Assembly: GCA_039621445.1 (NCBI GenBank)
Contig: CP154954.1
Span: forward strand, 36,193,703-36,257,702
DNA: 64,000 bases
DNA from: Euglena gracilis
Taxonomy: Eukaryota
Direction of reading: 5' to 3'
Part shown: positions 32,756 to 48,200 of the stretch, one piece after another
Position numbering within the stretch: position 1 is the first letter of the stretch
Layout of the letters: each line of letters starts with the position of its first letter
Notes under the pieces: model-generated
Told to the model about the DNA's origin: nothing
The model's database searches: none
What the model saw: only the letters and a program-made list of their open reading frames with translations
Translations under genes and position numbers: made by a program

Positions 32756-35700
32756 CATTTACCAGGTCAGCCCAGGTTACCATGTAAAAATGGACCAAAA
32801 CGGGCCTTACTCCGAGTAACCGAATGGGTGTTCCAGGAGGCCTCCAAAGTCAGGGGACCCGTTGGTTTCGTGATTGTCGTGGTTTAATGGTAGGAAAAAC
32901 ATGCAGCGGGAATGTTGGTTGCAAGAAATGAGCACATTTAGATGGGTGCATTCGACCATTCCGGGGGACATTTACCAGGTCAGCCCAGGTTACCATGTAA
33001 AAAATGGATCAAAATTGGCCTTACTCCGAGTAACCGAATGGGCGTTCTAGGAGGCCTCCAAAGTCATGGGACCCGTTGGTTTCATGATTGTCGTGGTTAA
33101 ATGGTAAGAAGAACATGCAGCGGGAATGTTGGTTGCAAGAAATGAGCGCATTTACATGGGTGCATTCGACCAGTTCCGGGGGACATTTACCAGGTCAGCC
33201 CAGGTTACCATGTAAAAATGGACCAAAATCGGCCTTACTCCGAGTAACCGAATGGGTGTTCCAGGAGGCCTCCAAAGTCAGGGGACCCGTTGGTTTCATG
33301 ATTGTCGTGGTTTAATGGTAAGAAACACATGCAGCGGTAATGTTGGTTGCAAGAAATGAGCACATTTAGATGGGTGCATTCGACCATTCCGGGGGACATT
33401 TACCAGGTCAGCCCACGTTACCATGTAAAAATGGCCCAAAATCGGCCTTACTCCGAGTAACCGAATGGGTGTTCCAGGAGGCCTCCAAAGTCAGGGGACC
33501 CGTTGGTTTCATGATTGTCGTGGTTTAATCGTAAGAAACACATGCAGCGGGAATGTTGGTTGCAAGAAATGAGCACATTTAGATGGGTGCATTCGACCAT
33601 TCGGGGGGACATTTACCAGGTCAGCCCAGGTTACCATGTAAAAATGGACCAAAATGGGCCTTACTCCGAGTAACCGAATGGGTGTTCCAGGAGGCCTCCA
33701 AAGTCAGGGGACCCGTTGGTTTCATGATTGTCGTGGTTTAATGGTAGGAAAAACATGCAGCGGGAATGTTGGTTGCAAGAAATGAGCACATTTAGATGGG
33801 TGCATTCGACCATTCCGGGGGACATTTACCAGGTCAGCCCAGGTTACCATGTTAAAATGGACCAAAATGGGTCTTACTCCGAGTAACCGAATGGGTGTTC
33901 CAGGAGGCCTTCATAGTAAGGGGACCCGTTGTTTTCATGATTGTCGTGGTTTAATACAAAGCAAAACATGCAGCGGGAATGTTGGTTGCAAGGAATGAGC
34001 ACATTTAGATGGGTGCATTCGACCACTCCGGGGGACATTTACCAGGTCAGCCCAGGTTACCATGTAAAAATGGACCAAAATCGGCCTTACTCCGAGTAAC
34101 CGAATGGGTGTTCCAGGAGGCCTCCAAAGTCAGGGGACCCGTTGGTTTCATGATTGTCGTGGTTTAATGGTAAGAAGAACATGCAGCTGGAATGTTGGTT
34201 GCAAGAAATGAGCACATTTAGATGGGTGCATTCGACCATTCCGGGGGACATTTACCAGGTCAGCCCAGGTTACCATGTAAAAATGGACCAAAATCGGCCT
34301 TACTCCGAGTAACCGAATGGGTGTTCCAGGAGGCCTCCAAAGTCAGGGGACCCGTTGGTTTCATGATTGTCGTGGTTTAATGGTAAGAAACACGTGCAGC
34401 GGGAATGTTGGTTGCAAGAAATGAGCACATTTAGATGGGTGCATTCGACCATTCCGGGGGACATTTACCAGGTCAGCCCAGGTTACCATGTAAAATGGAC
34501 CAAAATGGGCCTTACTCCGAGTAACCGAATGGGTGTTCCAGGAGGCCTCCAAAGTCAGGGGACCCGTTGGTTTCATGATTGTCGTGGTTTAACGGTAAGA
34601 AAAACATGCAGCGGGAATGTTGGTTGCAAGAAATGAGCACATTTAGATGGGTGCATTCGACCATTCCGGGGGACATTTACCAGGTCAGCCCAGGTTACCA
34701 TGTTAAAATGGACCAAAATGGGCCTTACTCCGATTAACCGAATGGGTGTTCCAGGAGGCCTCCAAAGTTCGGGGACCCGTTGGTTTCATGATTGTCGTGG
34801 TTTAATGGTAAAAAACACATGTAGCGGGAAGGTTGGTTGCAAGAAATGAGCACATTTAGATGGGTGCATTCGACCATTCCGGGGGACATTTACCAGGTCA
34901 GCCCAGGTTACCATGTTAAAGTGGAACAAAATGGGCCTTACTCCGAGTAACCGAATGGGTGTTCCAGGAGGCCTTCAAAGTCAGGGGTACCGTTGTTTTC
35001 ATGATTGTCGTGGTTTAATACAAAGAAAAACATGCAGCGGTAATGTTGGTTGCGAGTAATGAGAAGATTTAGATGGGTGCATTCGACCATTCCGGGGGAC
35101 ATTTACTAGGTCAGCCCAGGTTACCGTGTAAAAATGGACCAAATTGGGCCTTACTCCGAGTAACCGAATGGACGTTCCAGGAGGCCTCCAAAGTCAGGGG
35201 ACCCGTTGGTTTCATGATTTTCGTGGTTTAATGGAAGAAAAACATGTAGCGGGAATGTTGGTTGCAAGAAATGAGCACATGTAGATGGGTGCATTCGACC
35301 ATTCCGGGGGACATTTACCAGGTCAGCCCAGGTTACCATGTAAAAATGGACCAAAACGGGCCTTACTCCGAGTAACCGAATGGGTGTTCCAGGAGGCCTC
35401 CAAAGTCAGGAGACCCTTTGGTTTCATGATTGTCGTGGTTTAGTGGTAGTAAAAACATGCGGCGGGAATGTTGGGTGCTAGAAATGAGCACATTTAGATG
35501 GGTGCATTCGACCATTCCGGGGGACATTTACCAGGTCAGCCCAGGTTACCATGTAAAAATGGACCAAAATGGGCCTTACTCCGAGTAACCAAATGGGTGT
35601 TCCAGGAGGCCTCCAAGGAAAGGGGCCCCGTTTGTTTCATGATTTTCGTGGTTTAATGGTAAGAAAAACTTGCAGCGGGAATGTTGGGTGCAATAAATGA

Positions 35701-38700
35701 GCACATTTAGATGGGTGCATTCGACCATTCCGGGGGACATTTACCAGGTCAGCCCAGGTTACCATGTAAAAATGGACCAAATTGGGCCTTACTCCGAGTA
35801 ACCGAATGGGTGTTCCAGGAGGCCTCCAAAGTCAGGAGGCCCGTTGGTTTCATGATTGTCGTAGTTTAATGGTAAAAAAAACATGCAGCGGGAATGTTGG
35901 TTGCAAGAAATGAGCACATTTAGATGGGTGCATTCGACCATTCCGGGGGACATTTACCAGGTCAGCCCAGGTTACCATGTAAAAATGGCCCAAAATGGGC
36001 CTTACTCCGAGTAACCGAATGGGTGTTCCAGGAGGCCTCCAAAGTCAGGGGACTCGTTGGTTTCATGATTGTCGTGGTTTAATGGGAAGAAAAACATGCA
36101 GCAAGAATGTTGGTTGCAAGAAATGAGCACATTTAGATGGGTGCATTCGACCATTGCGAGGGACATTTACCAGGTCAGCCCAGGTTACCATGTAAAAATG
36201 GACCAAAATGGGCCTTACTCCGAGTAACCGAATGGGTGTTCCAGGAGGCCTCCAAAGTCAGGGGACCCGTTGGTTTCATGATTGTCGTGGTTTAATGGTA
36301 AGAAAAACATGCAGCGGGAATGTTGGTTGCAAGAAATGAGCACATTTAGATGGGTGCATTCGACCATTCTGGGGGACATTTACCAGGTCAGCCCAGGTTA
36401 CCATGTAAAAATGGACCAAATTGGGCCTTACTCCGAGTAACCGAATGGGTGTTCCAGGAGGCCTCCAAAGTCAGGAGGCCCGTTGGTTTCATGATTGTCG
36501 TGGTTTAATGGTAAAAAAAACATGCAGCAAGAATGTTGGTTGCAATAAATGAGCACATTTAGATGGGTGCATTCGACCATTCCGGGGGACATTTACCAGG
36601 TCAGCCCAGGTTACCATGTAAAAATGGACCAAATTGGGCCTTACTCCGAGTAACCGAATGGGTGTTCCAGGAGGCCTCCAAAGTCAGGGGACCCGTTGGT
36701 TTCATGATTGTCGTGGTTTAATGGTAAGAAAAACATGCAGCGGGAATGTTGAGTGCAATAAATGAGCACATTTAGATGGGTGCATTCGACCATTCTGGGG
36801 GACATTTACCAGGTCAGCCCAGGTTACCATGTAAAAATGGACCAAATTGGGCCTTACTCCGAGTAACCGAATGGGTGTTCCAGGAGGCCTCCAAAGTCAG
36901 GGGACCCGTTGGTTTCATGATTGTCGTGGTTTAATGGTAAGAAAAACATGCAGCGGGAATGTTGGTTGCAAGAAATGAGCACATTTAGATGGGTGCATTC
37001 GACCATTCCGAGGGACATTTACCAGGTCAGCCCAGGTTACCATGTAAAAATGGACCAAAATGGGCCTTACTCCGAGTAACCGAATGGGTGTTCCAGGAGG
37101 CCTCCAAAGTCAGGAGGCCCGTTGGTTTCATGATTGTCGTAGTTTAATGGTAAAAAAAAACATGCAGCGGGAATGTTGGTTGCAAGAAATGAGCACATTT
37201 AGATGGGTGCATTCGACCATTCCGGGGGACATTTACCAGGTCAGCCCAGGTTACCATGTAAAAATGGACCAAAATGGGCCTTACTCCGAGTAACCGAATG
37301 GGTGTTCCAGGAGGCCTCCAAAGTCAGGTGACCCGTTGGTTTCATGATTGTCGTGGTTTTTTGATAGGTAAAACATGCAGCGAAAATGTTGGTTGCAAGA
37401 AATAAGTACATTTAGATGGGTGCATTCGACAATTCCAGGGGCATTTACCAGGTGAGCCCAGGTTACCATGTAAAAATGGACCAAAATGGGCCTTACTCCG
37501 AGTAACGGAATGGGTGTTCCAGGAGGCCTCCAAAGTCAGGGCACCCGTTGGTTTCATGATTGTCGTGGTTTAATGGAAAAAAAAAGTGCAGCAAGAATGT
37601 TGGTTGCAAGAAATGAGCACATTTAGATGGGTGCATTTCCATGGGACATTTACCACGTCAGCCCAGGTTACCATGAAAAAGTGGACCAAATGGGCCTTAC
37701 TCCGAGTAACCGAATGGGTGTTCCAGGAGGCCTCCAAAGTCAGGGGACCCGTTGGTTTCATGATTGTCGTGGTTTAATGGTAAGAAAAACATGCAGCAGA
37801 AATGTTGGTTGCAAGAAATGAGCACATTTAGATGGGTGCATTCGACCATTCCGGGGGACATTTACCAGGTCAGCCCAGGTTACCATGTAAAAATGGACCA
37901 AATTGGGCCTTACTCCGAGTAACCGAATGGGTGTTCCAGGAGGCCTCCAAAGTCAGGGGACCCGTTGGTTTCATGATTGTCGTGGTTTAATGGTAAAAAA
38001 ACATGCAGGAAGGATGTTGGGTGCAATAAATGAGCACATTTAGATGGGTGCATTCGACCATTCCGGGGGACATTTACCAGGTCAGCCCAGGTTACCATGT
38101 AAAAATGGACCAAATTGGGCCTTACTCCGAGTAACCGAATGGGTGTTCCAGGAGGCCTCCAAAGTCAGGGGACCCGTTGGTTTCATGATTGTCGTGGTTT
38201 AAGGGAAGAAAAACATGCAGCGGGAATGTTGGGTGCAAGAAATGAGCACATTTAGATGGGTGCATTCGACCATTCCGGGGGACATTTACCAGGTCAGCCC
38301 AGGTTACCATGTAAAAATGGACCAAATTGGGCCTTACTCCGAGTAACCGAATGGGTGTTCCAGGAGGCCTCCAAAGTCAGGGGACCCGTTGGTTTCATGA
38401 TTGTCGTGGTTTAATGGTAAGAAAAACATGCAGCGGGAATGTTGGTTGCAAGAAATGAGCACATTTAGATGGGTGCATTCGACCATTCCGGGGGACATTT
38501 ACCAGGTCAGCCCAGGTTACCATGTAAAAATGGACCAAAATGGGCCTTACTCCGAGTAACCGAATGGGTGTTCCAGGAGGCCTCCAAAGTCAGAGGACCC
38601 GTTGGTTTCATGATTGTCGTGGTTTATTGGTAAAAAAAACATGCAATCGGGAATGTTGGTTGTAAGGAATGAGCACATTTAGATGGGTGCATTCGACCAT

Positions 38701-41700
38701 TCCGGGGGACATTTACCAGGTCAGCCCAGGTTACCATGTAAAAATGGACCAAAATGGGCCTTACTCCGAGTATCCGAATGGGTGTTCCAGGAGGCCTCCA
38801 AAGTCAGGGGACCCGTTGGTTTCATGATTGTCGTGGTTTAATGGTAAGAAAAACATGCAGCGGGAATGTTGGTTGCAAGAAATGAGCACATTTAGATGGG
38901 TGCATTCGACCATTCCGAGGGACATTTACCAGGTCAGCCCAGGTTACCATGTAAAAATGGACCAAAATGGGCCTTACTCCGAGTAACCGAATGGGTGTTC
39001 CAGGAGGCCTCCAAAGTCAGGGGACCCGTTGGTTTCATGATTGTCGTGGTTTAATGGTAAGAAAAACATGCAGCAAGAATGTTGGTTGCAAGAAATGAGC
39101 ACATTTAGATGGGTGCATTCGACCATTCCGGGGGACATTTACCAGGTCAGCCCAGGTTACCATGTAAAAATGGACCAAAATGGGCCTTACTCCGAGTAAC
39201 CGAATGGGTGTTCCAGGAGGCCTCCAAAGTCAGGGGACCCGTTGGTTTCATGATTGTCGTGGTTTAATGGTAAGAAAAACATGCAGCGTTAAAGTTGTTT
39301 GCAAGAAATGAGCACATTTAGATGGGTGCATTCGACCATTCCGGGGGACATTTACCAGGTCAGCCCAGGTTACCATGTAAAAATGGACCAAAATGGGCCT
39401 TACTCCGAGTAACCGAATGGGTGTTCCAGGAGGCCTCCAAAGTCAGGGGACCCGTTGGTTTCATGATTGTCGTGGTTTAATGGTAATGAAAACATGCAGC
39501 AAGAATGTTGGTTGCAAGAAATGAGCACATTTAGATGGGTGCATTCGACCATTCCGGGGGACATTTACCAGGTCAGCCCAGGTTACCATGTAAAAATGGA
39601 CCAAATTGGGCCTTACTCCGAGTAACCGAATGGGTGTTCCAGGAGGCCTCCAAAGTCAGGGGACCCGTTGGTTTCATGATTGTCGTGGTTTAATGGTAGA
39701 AAAACATGCAGCGGGAATGTTGAGTGCAATAAATGAGCACATTTAGATGGGTGCATTCGACCATTCCGGGGGACATTTACCAGGTCAGCCCAGGTTACCA
39801 TGTAAAAATGGACCAAATTGGGCCTTACTCCGAGTAACCGAATGGGTGTTCCAGGAGGCCTCCAAAGTCAGGGGACCCGTTGGTTTCATGATTGTCGTGG
39901 TTTAATGGTAAAAAAAACATGCAGCAAGAATGTTGGGTGCAATAAATGAGCACATTTAGATGGGTGCATTCGACCATTCCGGAGGACATTTACCAGGTCA
40001 GCCCAGGTTACCATGTAAAAATGGACCAAATTGGGCCTTACTCCGAGTAACCGAATGGGTGTTCCAGGAGGCCTCCAAAGTCAGGGGACCCGTTGGTTTC
40101 ATGATTGTCGTGGTTTAATGGTAAACAAAACATTCAGCAAGAATGTTGGTTGCAAGAAATGAGCACATTTAGATGGGTGCATTCGACCATTCCGGATGAC
40201 ATTTACCAGGTCAGCCCAGGTTACCATGTAAAAATGGACCAAAATGGGCCTTACTCCGAGTAACCGAATGGGTGTTCCAGGAGGCCTCCAAAGTCAGGGG
40301 ACCCGTTGGTTTCATGATTGTCGTGGTTTAATGGTAAGAAAAACATGCAGCGGGAATGTTGGTTGCAAGAAATGAGCACATTTAGATGGGTGCATTCGAC
40401 CATTCCGGGGGACATTTACCAGGTCAGCCCAGGTTACCATGTAAAAATGGACCAAAATGGGCCTTACTCCGAGTAACCGAATGGGTGTTCCAGGAGGCCT
40501 CCAAAGTCAGGAGGCCCGTTGGTTTCATGATTGTCGTAGTTTAATGGTAAAAAAAACATGCAGCAAGAATGTTGGTTGCAAGAAATGAGCACATTTAGAT
40601 GGATGCATTCGACCATTCCGGGGGACATTTACAAGGTCAGCCCAGGTTACCATGTAAAAATGGCCCAAAATGGGCCTTACTCCGAGTAACCGAATGGGTG
40701 TTCCAGGAGGCCTCCAAAGTCAGGGGACCCGTTGGTTTCATGATTGTCGTGGTTTAATGGTAGGAAAAACATGCAGCGTTAAAGTTGTTTGCAAGAAATG
40801 AGCACATTTAGATGGGTGCATTCGACCATTGCGAGGGACATTTACCAGGTCAGCCCAGGTTACCATGTAAAAATGGACCAAAATGGGCCTTACTCCGAGT
40901 AACCGAATGGGTGTTCCAGGAGGCCTCCAAAGTCAGGGGACCCGTTGGTTTCATGATTGTCGTGGTTTAATGGTAAGAAAAACATGCAGCAAGAATGTTG
41001 GTTGCAAGAAATGAGCACATTTAGATGGGTGCATTCGACCATTGCGAGGGACATTTACCAGGTCAGCCCAGGTTACCATGTAAAAATGGACCAAAATGGG
41101 CCTTACTCCGAGTAACCGAATGGGTGTTCCAGGAGGCCTCCAAAGTCAGGGGACCCGTTGGTTTCATGATTGTCGTGGTTTAATGGTAGAAAAACATGCA
41201 GCGGGAATGTTGAGTGCAATAAATGAGCACATTTAGATGGGTGCATTCGACCATTCCGGGGGACATTTACCAGGTCAGCCCAGGTTACCATGTAAAAATG
41301 GACCAAATTGGGCCTTACTCCGAGTAACCGAATGGGTGTTCCAGGAGGCCTCCAAAGTCAGGAGGCCCGTTGGTTTCATGATTGTCGTGGTTTAATGGTA
41401 AAAAAACATGCAGCAAGAGTGTTGGGTGCAATAAATGAGCACATTTAGATGGATGCATTCGACCATTCCGGGGGACATTTACAAGGTCAGCCCAGGTTAC
41501 CATGTAAAAATGGACCAAATTGGGCCTTACTCCGAGTAACCGACTGGGTGTTCCAGGAGGCCTCCAAAGTCAGGGACCCGTTGGTTTCATGATTGTCGTG
41601 GTTTAATGGTAGGAAAAACATGCAGCGTTAAAGTTGTTTGCAAGAAATGAGCACATTTAGATGGGTGCATTCGACCATTGCGAGGGACGTTTACCAGGTC

Positions 41701-44700
41701 AGCCCAGGTTACCATGTAAAAATGGACCAAAATGGGCCTTACTCCGAGTAGCCGAATGGGTGTTCCAGGAGGCCTCCAAAGTCAGGGGACCCGTTGGTTT
41801 CATGATTGTCGTGGTTTAATGGTAAGAAAAACATGCAGCGGGAATGTTGGTTGCAAGAAATGAGCACATTTAGATGGGTGCATTCGACCGTTCCGGGGGA
41901 CATTTACCAGGTCAGCCCAGGTTACCATGTAAAAATGGACCAAAATGGGCCTTACTCCGAGTAACCGAATGGGTGTTCCAGGAGGCCTCCAGAGTCAGGG
42001 GACCCGTTGGTTTCGTGATTGTCGTGGTTTAATGGTAGGAAAAACATGCAGCGGGAATGTTGGTTGCAAGAAATGAGCACATTTAGATGGGTGCATTCAA
42101 CCATTCCGGGGGACATTTACCAGGTCAGCCCAGGTTACCATGTAAAAATGGATCAAAATTCGCCTTACTCCGAGTAACCGGATGGGCGTTCTAGGAGGCC
42201 TCCAAAGTCATGGGAACCGTTGGTTTCATGATTGTCGTGGTTTAATGGTAAGAAAATCATGCAGCGGGAATAGCACATTTAGATGGGTGCATTCGACCAT
42301 TTCGGGGGACATTTACCAGGTCAGCCCAGGTTACCATGTAAAAATGGACCAAAATGGGCCTTACTCCGAGTAACCGAATGGGTGTTCCAGGAGGCCTCCA
42401 AAGTCAGGGGACCCGTTGGTTTCATGATCGCTGTGGTTCAATGGTAAGAAACACATGCATCGGGAATGTTGGTTGCAAGAAATGAGCACATTTAGATGGG
42501 TGCATTCGACCATTCCGGGGGACATTTACCAGGTCAGCCCAGGTTACCATGTTAAAATGGACCAAAATTGGCCTTACTCTGATTAACCGAATGGGCGTTC
42601 CAGGAGGCCTCCAAAGTCAGGGGACCCGTTGGTTTCATGATTGTCGTGGTTTAATGGTAAGAAAAACATGCAGCGGTAATGTTGGTTGCAAGAAATGAGC
42701 ACATTTAGATGGGTGCATTCGATTATTCGCGGCGACATTTACCGGGTCAGCCCACGTTACCATGTTAAAATGGACCAAAATGGGCCTTACTCCGAGTAAC
42801 CGAATGGGTGTTCCAGGAGGCCTTCAAAGTCAGGGGTCCCGTTGTTTTCATGATTGTCGTGATTTAATGGTAAAAAACACATGCAGCGGGAATGTTGGTT
42901 GCAAGGAATGAGCACATTTAGATGGGTGCATTCGACCATTCCGGGGGACATTTACCAGGTCAGCCCAGGTTACCATGTTAAAATGGACCAAAATGGGCCT
43001 TACTCCGAGTAACCGAATGGGTGTTCCAGGAGGCCTCCAAAGTCAGGGGACCCGTTGGTTTTATGATTGTTGTGGTTCAATGGTAAGAAAACCTTGCAGC
43101 GGGAATGTTGGTTGCAAGAAATGAGCACATTTAGATGGGTGCATTCGACCATTCCCGGGGACATTTACCAGGTCATCCCACGTTACCATGTAAAAATGGA
43201 CCAAAATTAGCCTTACTCCGATTAACCGAATGGGCGTTCCAGGAAGCCTCCAAAGTCAGGGGACCCGTTGGTTTCATGATTGTCGTGGTTTAATGGTAAT
43301 AAAAACATGCAGCGGGAATGTTGGTTGCAAGAAATGAGCACATTTAGATGGGTGCACTCGACCCTTCCGGCGGACATTTACCAGGTCAGCCCAGGTTACC
43401 ATGTTAAAATGGACCAGAATGGGCCTTACTCCGAGTAACCGAATGGGTGTTCCAGGAGGCCTCCAAAGCCAGGGGTCCCGTTGTTTTCATGATTGTCGTG
43501 GTTTATTGCAAAGAAAAACATGCAGCGGTAATGTTGGTGGCAAGGAATGAGCACATTTAGATGGGTGCACTCGACCCTTCCGGGGGACATTTACCAGGTC
43601 AGCCCAGGTTACCATGTTAAAATGGACCAGAATGGGCCTTACTCCGAGTAACCGAATGGGTGTTCCAGGAGGCCTCCAAAGCCAGGGGTCCCGTTGTTTT
43701 CATGATTGTCGTGGTTTATTGCAAAGAAAAACATGCAGCGGTAATGTTGGTGGCAAGGAATGAGCACATTTAGATGGGTGCACTCGACCCTTCCGGGGGA
43801 CATTTACCAGGTCAGCCCAGGTTACCATGTTAAAATGGACCAGAATGGGCCTTACTCCGAGTAACCGAATGGGTGTTCCAGGAGGCCTCCAAAGTCAGGG
43901 AGCCCGTTGGTTTCATGATTGTCGTAGTTTAATGGTAAAAAAAAACATGCAGCAAGAATGTTGGTTGCAAGAAATGAGCACATTTAAATGGGTGCATTCG
44001 ACCATTCCGGGGGACATTTACCAGGTCAGCCCAGGTTACCATGTAAAAATGTACCAAATTGGGCCTTACTCCGAGTAACCGAATGGGTGTTCCAGGAGGC
44101 CTCTAAAGTCAGGGGGCCCGTTGGTTTCATGATTGTCGTGGTTAAATGGTAGGAAAAAAATGCAGCGGGAATGTTGTGTGCAATAAATGAGCACATTTGG
44201 ATGGGTGCATTCGACCATTCCGGGGGACATTTACCAGGTCAGCCCAGGTTACCATGTAAAAATGGACCAAATTGGGCCTTACTCCGAGTAACCGAACGGG
44301 TGTTCCAGGAGGCCTCCAAAGCCATGGGACCCGTTAGTTTCATAATTGTCGTGGTTTAATGGTAACAAAAACATGCAGCGGGAACGTTGGTTGCAAGAAA
44401 TGAGCAACATTTAGATGGGTGCATTCGACCATTCCGGGGGACATTTACCAGGTCAGCCCAGGTGACTATGTAAAAGTGGACCAAAATGGGCCTTACTCCG
44501 AGTAACCGAATGGGTGTTCCAGGAGGCCTCCAAAGTCAGGGGACCCGTGCCCTTTCATGATTGTCGTGGTTTAATGGTAAGAAAAACAAGCAGCGGGAAT
44601 GTTGGTTGCAAGAAATCAGCACATTTAGGTAGGTGCATTCGACCATTACGGGGGACATTTACCAGGTCAGCCCAGGTTACCATGTAAAAATGGACCAAAA

Positions 44701-45291
44701 TGGGCTTTACTTCCGAGTAACCGAATGGGTGTTCCAGGAGGCCTCCAAAGTCAGGGGACCCGTTGGTTTCATGATTGTCGTGGTTCAATGGTAAGAAAAA
44801 CATGCGAGGAAATGTTGGTAGCAAGAAATGAGCACATTTAGATGGGTACATTCGACCATTCCGGGGGACGTTTACCAGGTCAGCCCAGGTTACCATGTAA
44901 AAATGGACCAAAATAAGCCTTACTCCGAGTAACCGAATGGGAGTTCCAGCGGGAATGTTGGTTGCAAGAAATGAGCACATTTAGATGGGTGCATTCGACC
45001 ATTCCGGGGGACATTTACCAGGTCAGCCCAGGTTACCATATAAAAATGGACCAAAATGGGCCTTACTCCGAGTAACCGAATGGGTGTTCCAGGAGGCCTC
45101 CAAAGTCAGGGGACCCGTGTCCTTTCATGATTGTCGTGGTTTAATGGAAAGAAAAACATGCAGCGGGAATGTTGGTTGCAAGAAGTCAGCACATTTAGGT
45201 GGGTGCATTCGACCATTCCGGGGGACATTTACCAGGTCAGCCCAGGTTACCATGTTAAAATGGTCCAAAATGGGCCTTACTCCGAGTAACC
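32756..45291 (+). repeat. Satellite B tandem array, 213 bp monomer, about 59 copies
   Basis: Recurring CATTTACCAGGTCAGCCCAGGTTACCATGTAAAAATGGACCAAAATGGGCCTTACTCCGAGTAACCGAATGGGTGTTCCAGGAGGCCTCC. ACCAGGTCAG at 32761 and 32974 gives a 213 bp period. Confidence 0.98.
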
Positions 45292-45292
45292 C

Positions 45293-48200
45293 ATTCACCC
45301 GCTGCATGTTTTTCTTACCATTTTACCACTACAATCATGAAACCAACGGGACCCCGGACTTTGGAGGCCTCCTGGAGCACCCATTCGGTTACTCGGAGTA
45401 AGGCCCAGTTTGGTCCATTTTTACATGGTAACCTGGGGTAACCTGGTAAATGTTCCCCGGAATGGTCGAATGCACCCATCTAAATGTGCTCATGTCAGTA
45501 CACCAACATTCCCGCTGCATGTTTTTCTAATAATTAAACCACGACAATCATGAAACCAACGGGTCCCCTGACTTTGGAGGCCTCCTGGAACACCCATTCG
45601 GTTACTCGGAGTAAGGCCAATTTTGGTCCATTTTTACATGGTAACCTGGGCTGGCCTGGTAAATGTCCCCCGGAATGGTCGAATGCAGCCATCTAAATGT
45701 GCTCATTTCTTGCAACCAACATTCCTGCTGCATGGTTTTCCTACCATTAAACCACGACAATCATGAAAGGACACGGGTCCCCTGACTTTGGAGGCCTCCT
45801 GGAACACCCATTCGGTTACTCGGAGTAAGGCCCATTTTGGTCCATTTTTACACGGTAACCTGGGCTGACCTGGTAAATGTCCCCCGGAATGGTCGAATGC
45901 ACCCACCTAAATGTGCTCATTTCTTGCAACCAACATTCTCGCTGCATGTTTTTCTCACCATTAAACCACGAAAATCATGAAACCAACGGGTCCCCTGACT
46001 TTGGAACTCTCCTGGAACACCCATTCGGTTACTCGGAGTAAGCCCATTTTGGTTCATTTTTACATGGTAACCTGGGCTGACCTGGTAAATGTCCCCCGGA
46101 ATGGTCGAATGCACCCATCTAAATGTGCTCATTTCTTGCAACCAACATTCCCGCTGCATGTTTTTCTTACCATTAAACCACGACCATCATGAAAGCAACG
46201 GGTCCCCTGACTTTGGAGGCCTCCTGGAACGCCCATTCGGTTACTCGGAGTAAGGCCCATTTTGGTCCATTTTTACATGGTAACCTGGGCTGACCTGGTA
46301 AATGTCCCCCGGAATGGTCGAATGCACCCATCTAAATGTGCTCATTTCTTGCAACCAACATTCCCGCTGCATGTTCTTCTTACCATTTAACCACGACAAT
46401 CATGAAACCAACGGGTCCCCTGACTTTGGAGGCCTCCTGGAACACCCATTCGGTTACTCGGAGTAAGGAAAATTTTGGTCCATTTTTACATGGTAACCTG
46501 GGCTGACCTGGTAAATGTCCCCCGGAATGGTCGAATGCACCCATCTAAATGTGCTGATTTATTGCACCCAAAATTCCCACTGCATGTTTTTCTTACCATT
46601 TAACCACGACAATCATGAAACAAACGGGGCCCCTTTCCTTGGAGGCCTCCTGGAACACCCATTCGGTTACTCGGAGTAAGGCCCGTTTTGGTCCATTTTT
46701 ACATGGTAACCTGGGCTGACCTGGTAAATGTCCCCCGGAATGGTCGAATGCACACATCTAAATGTGCTCATTTCTTGCACCCAACATTCCCGCTGCATGT
46801 GTTTCCTACCATTAAACCACGGCTATCATGAAACCAACGGGTCCCCTGACTTTGGAGGCCTCCTGGAACACCCATTCGGTTACTCGGAGTAAGGCCCATT
46901 TTGGTCCATTTTTACATGGTAACCTGGGCTGACCTGGTAAATGTCCCCCGGAATGGTCGAATGCACCCATCTAAATGTGCTCTTTTCTTGCAACCAACAT
47001 TCTTGCTGCATATTTTTTGTACCATTAAACTACGACAATCATGAAACCAACGGGTCCCCTGACGTTGGAGGCCTCCTGTAACACCCATTCGGTTACTCGG
47101 AGGAAGGCCCATTTTGGGCCATTTTTACATGGTAACCTGGGCTGACCTGGTAAATGTCCCCCGGAATGGTCGAATGCACCCATCTAAATGTGCTCATTCC
47201 TTGCAACCAACATTCCCGCTGCATGTTTTTCTTTGTATTAAACCACGACAATCATGAAAACAACGGAACCCCTGACTTTGAAGGCCTCCTGGAACAACCA
47301 TTCGGTTACTCGGAGTAAGGCCCATTTTGGTCCATTTTTACATGGTAACCTGGGCTGACCTGGTAATTGTCCCCCGGAATGGTCGAATGCGCCCGTCTAA
47401 ATGTGCTCATTTCTTGCAACCAACATTCCCGCTGCATGTCTTTTATACCATTACACCACTACAATCATGAAACCAACGGGTCCCTTGACTTTGGAGGCCG
47501 CCTGGAACACCCATTCGGTTACTCGGAGTAAGGCCCAATTTGGTCCATTTTTATATGGTAACCAGGGCTGACCTGGTAAATGTCCCCCGGAATGGTCGAA
47601 GGCACCCATCTAAATGTGCTCATTTCTTGCAACCAACATTCCCGCTGCATGTTCTTATTTCCATTAAACCACGACAATCATGAAACCAACGGGTCCCCTG
47701 ACTTTGGAGGCGTCCTGGAACACCCATTCGGTTACTCGGAGTAAGGCCCGTTTTGGTCCATTTTTTCATGGTAACCTGGGCTGACCTGGTAAATGTACCC
47801 CGGAATGGTCGAATGCACCCATCTACATCTGCTCGTCTCTTGCAACCAGCATTCCCGCTGCGTGTTTTTCTTACTATTAAACCACGACAATCATGAAAGC
47901 AAAGGGACCACTGACTTTGCAGGCCTCCTGGAACACCCATTCGGTTACTCGGAGTAAGGCCCAATTTGGTCCATTTTTACACGGTAACCTGGGCTGACCT
48001 GGTAAATGTCCCCCGGAATGGTCGAATGCACCCATCTAAATGTGCTCATTCCTTGCAACCAACATTCCCGCTGCATGTTCTTCTTAACATTAAACCACGA
48101 AAATCATGAAACCAACGGGTCCCCTGACTTTGGAGGCCTCCTGGAACACCCATTCGGTTACTCGGAGTAAGGCCCATTTTGGTCCATTTTTACATGGTAA

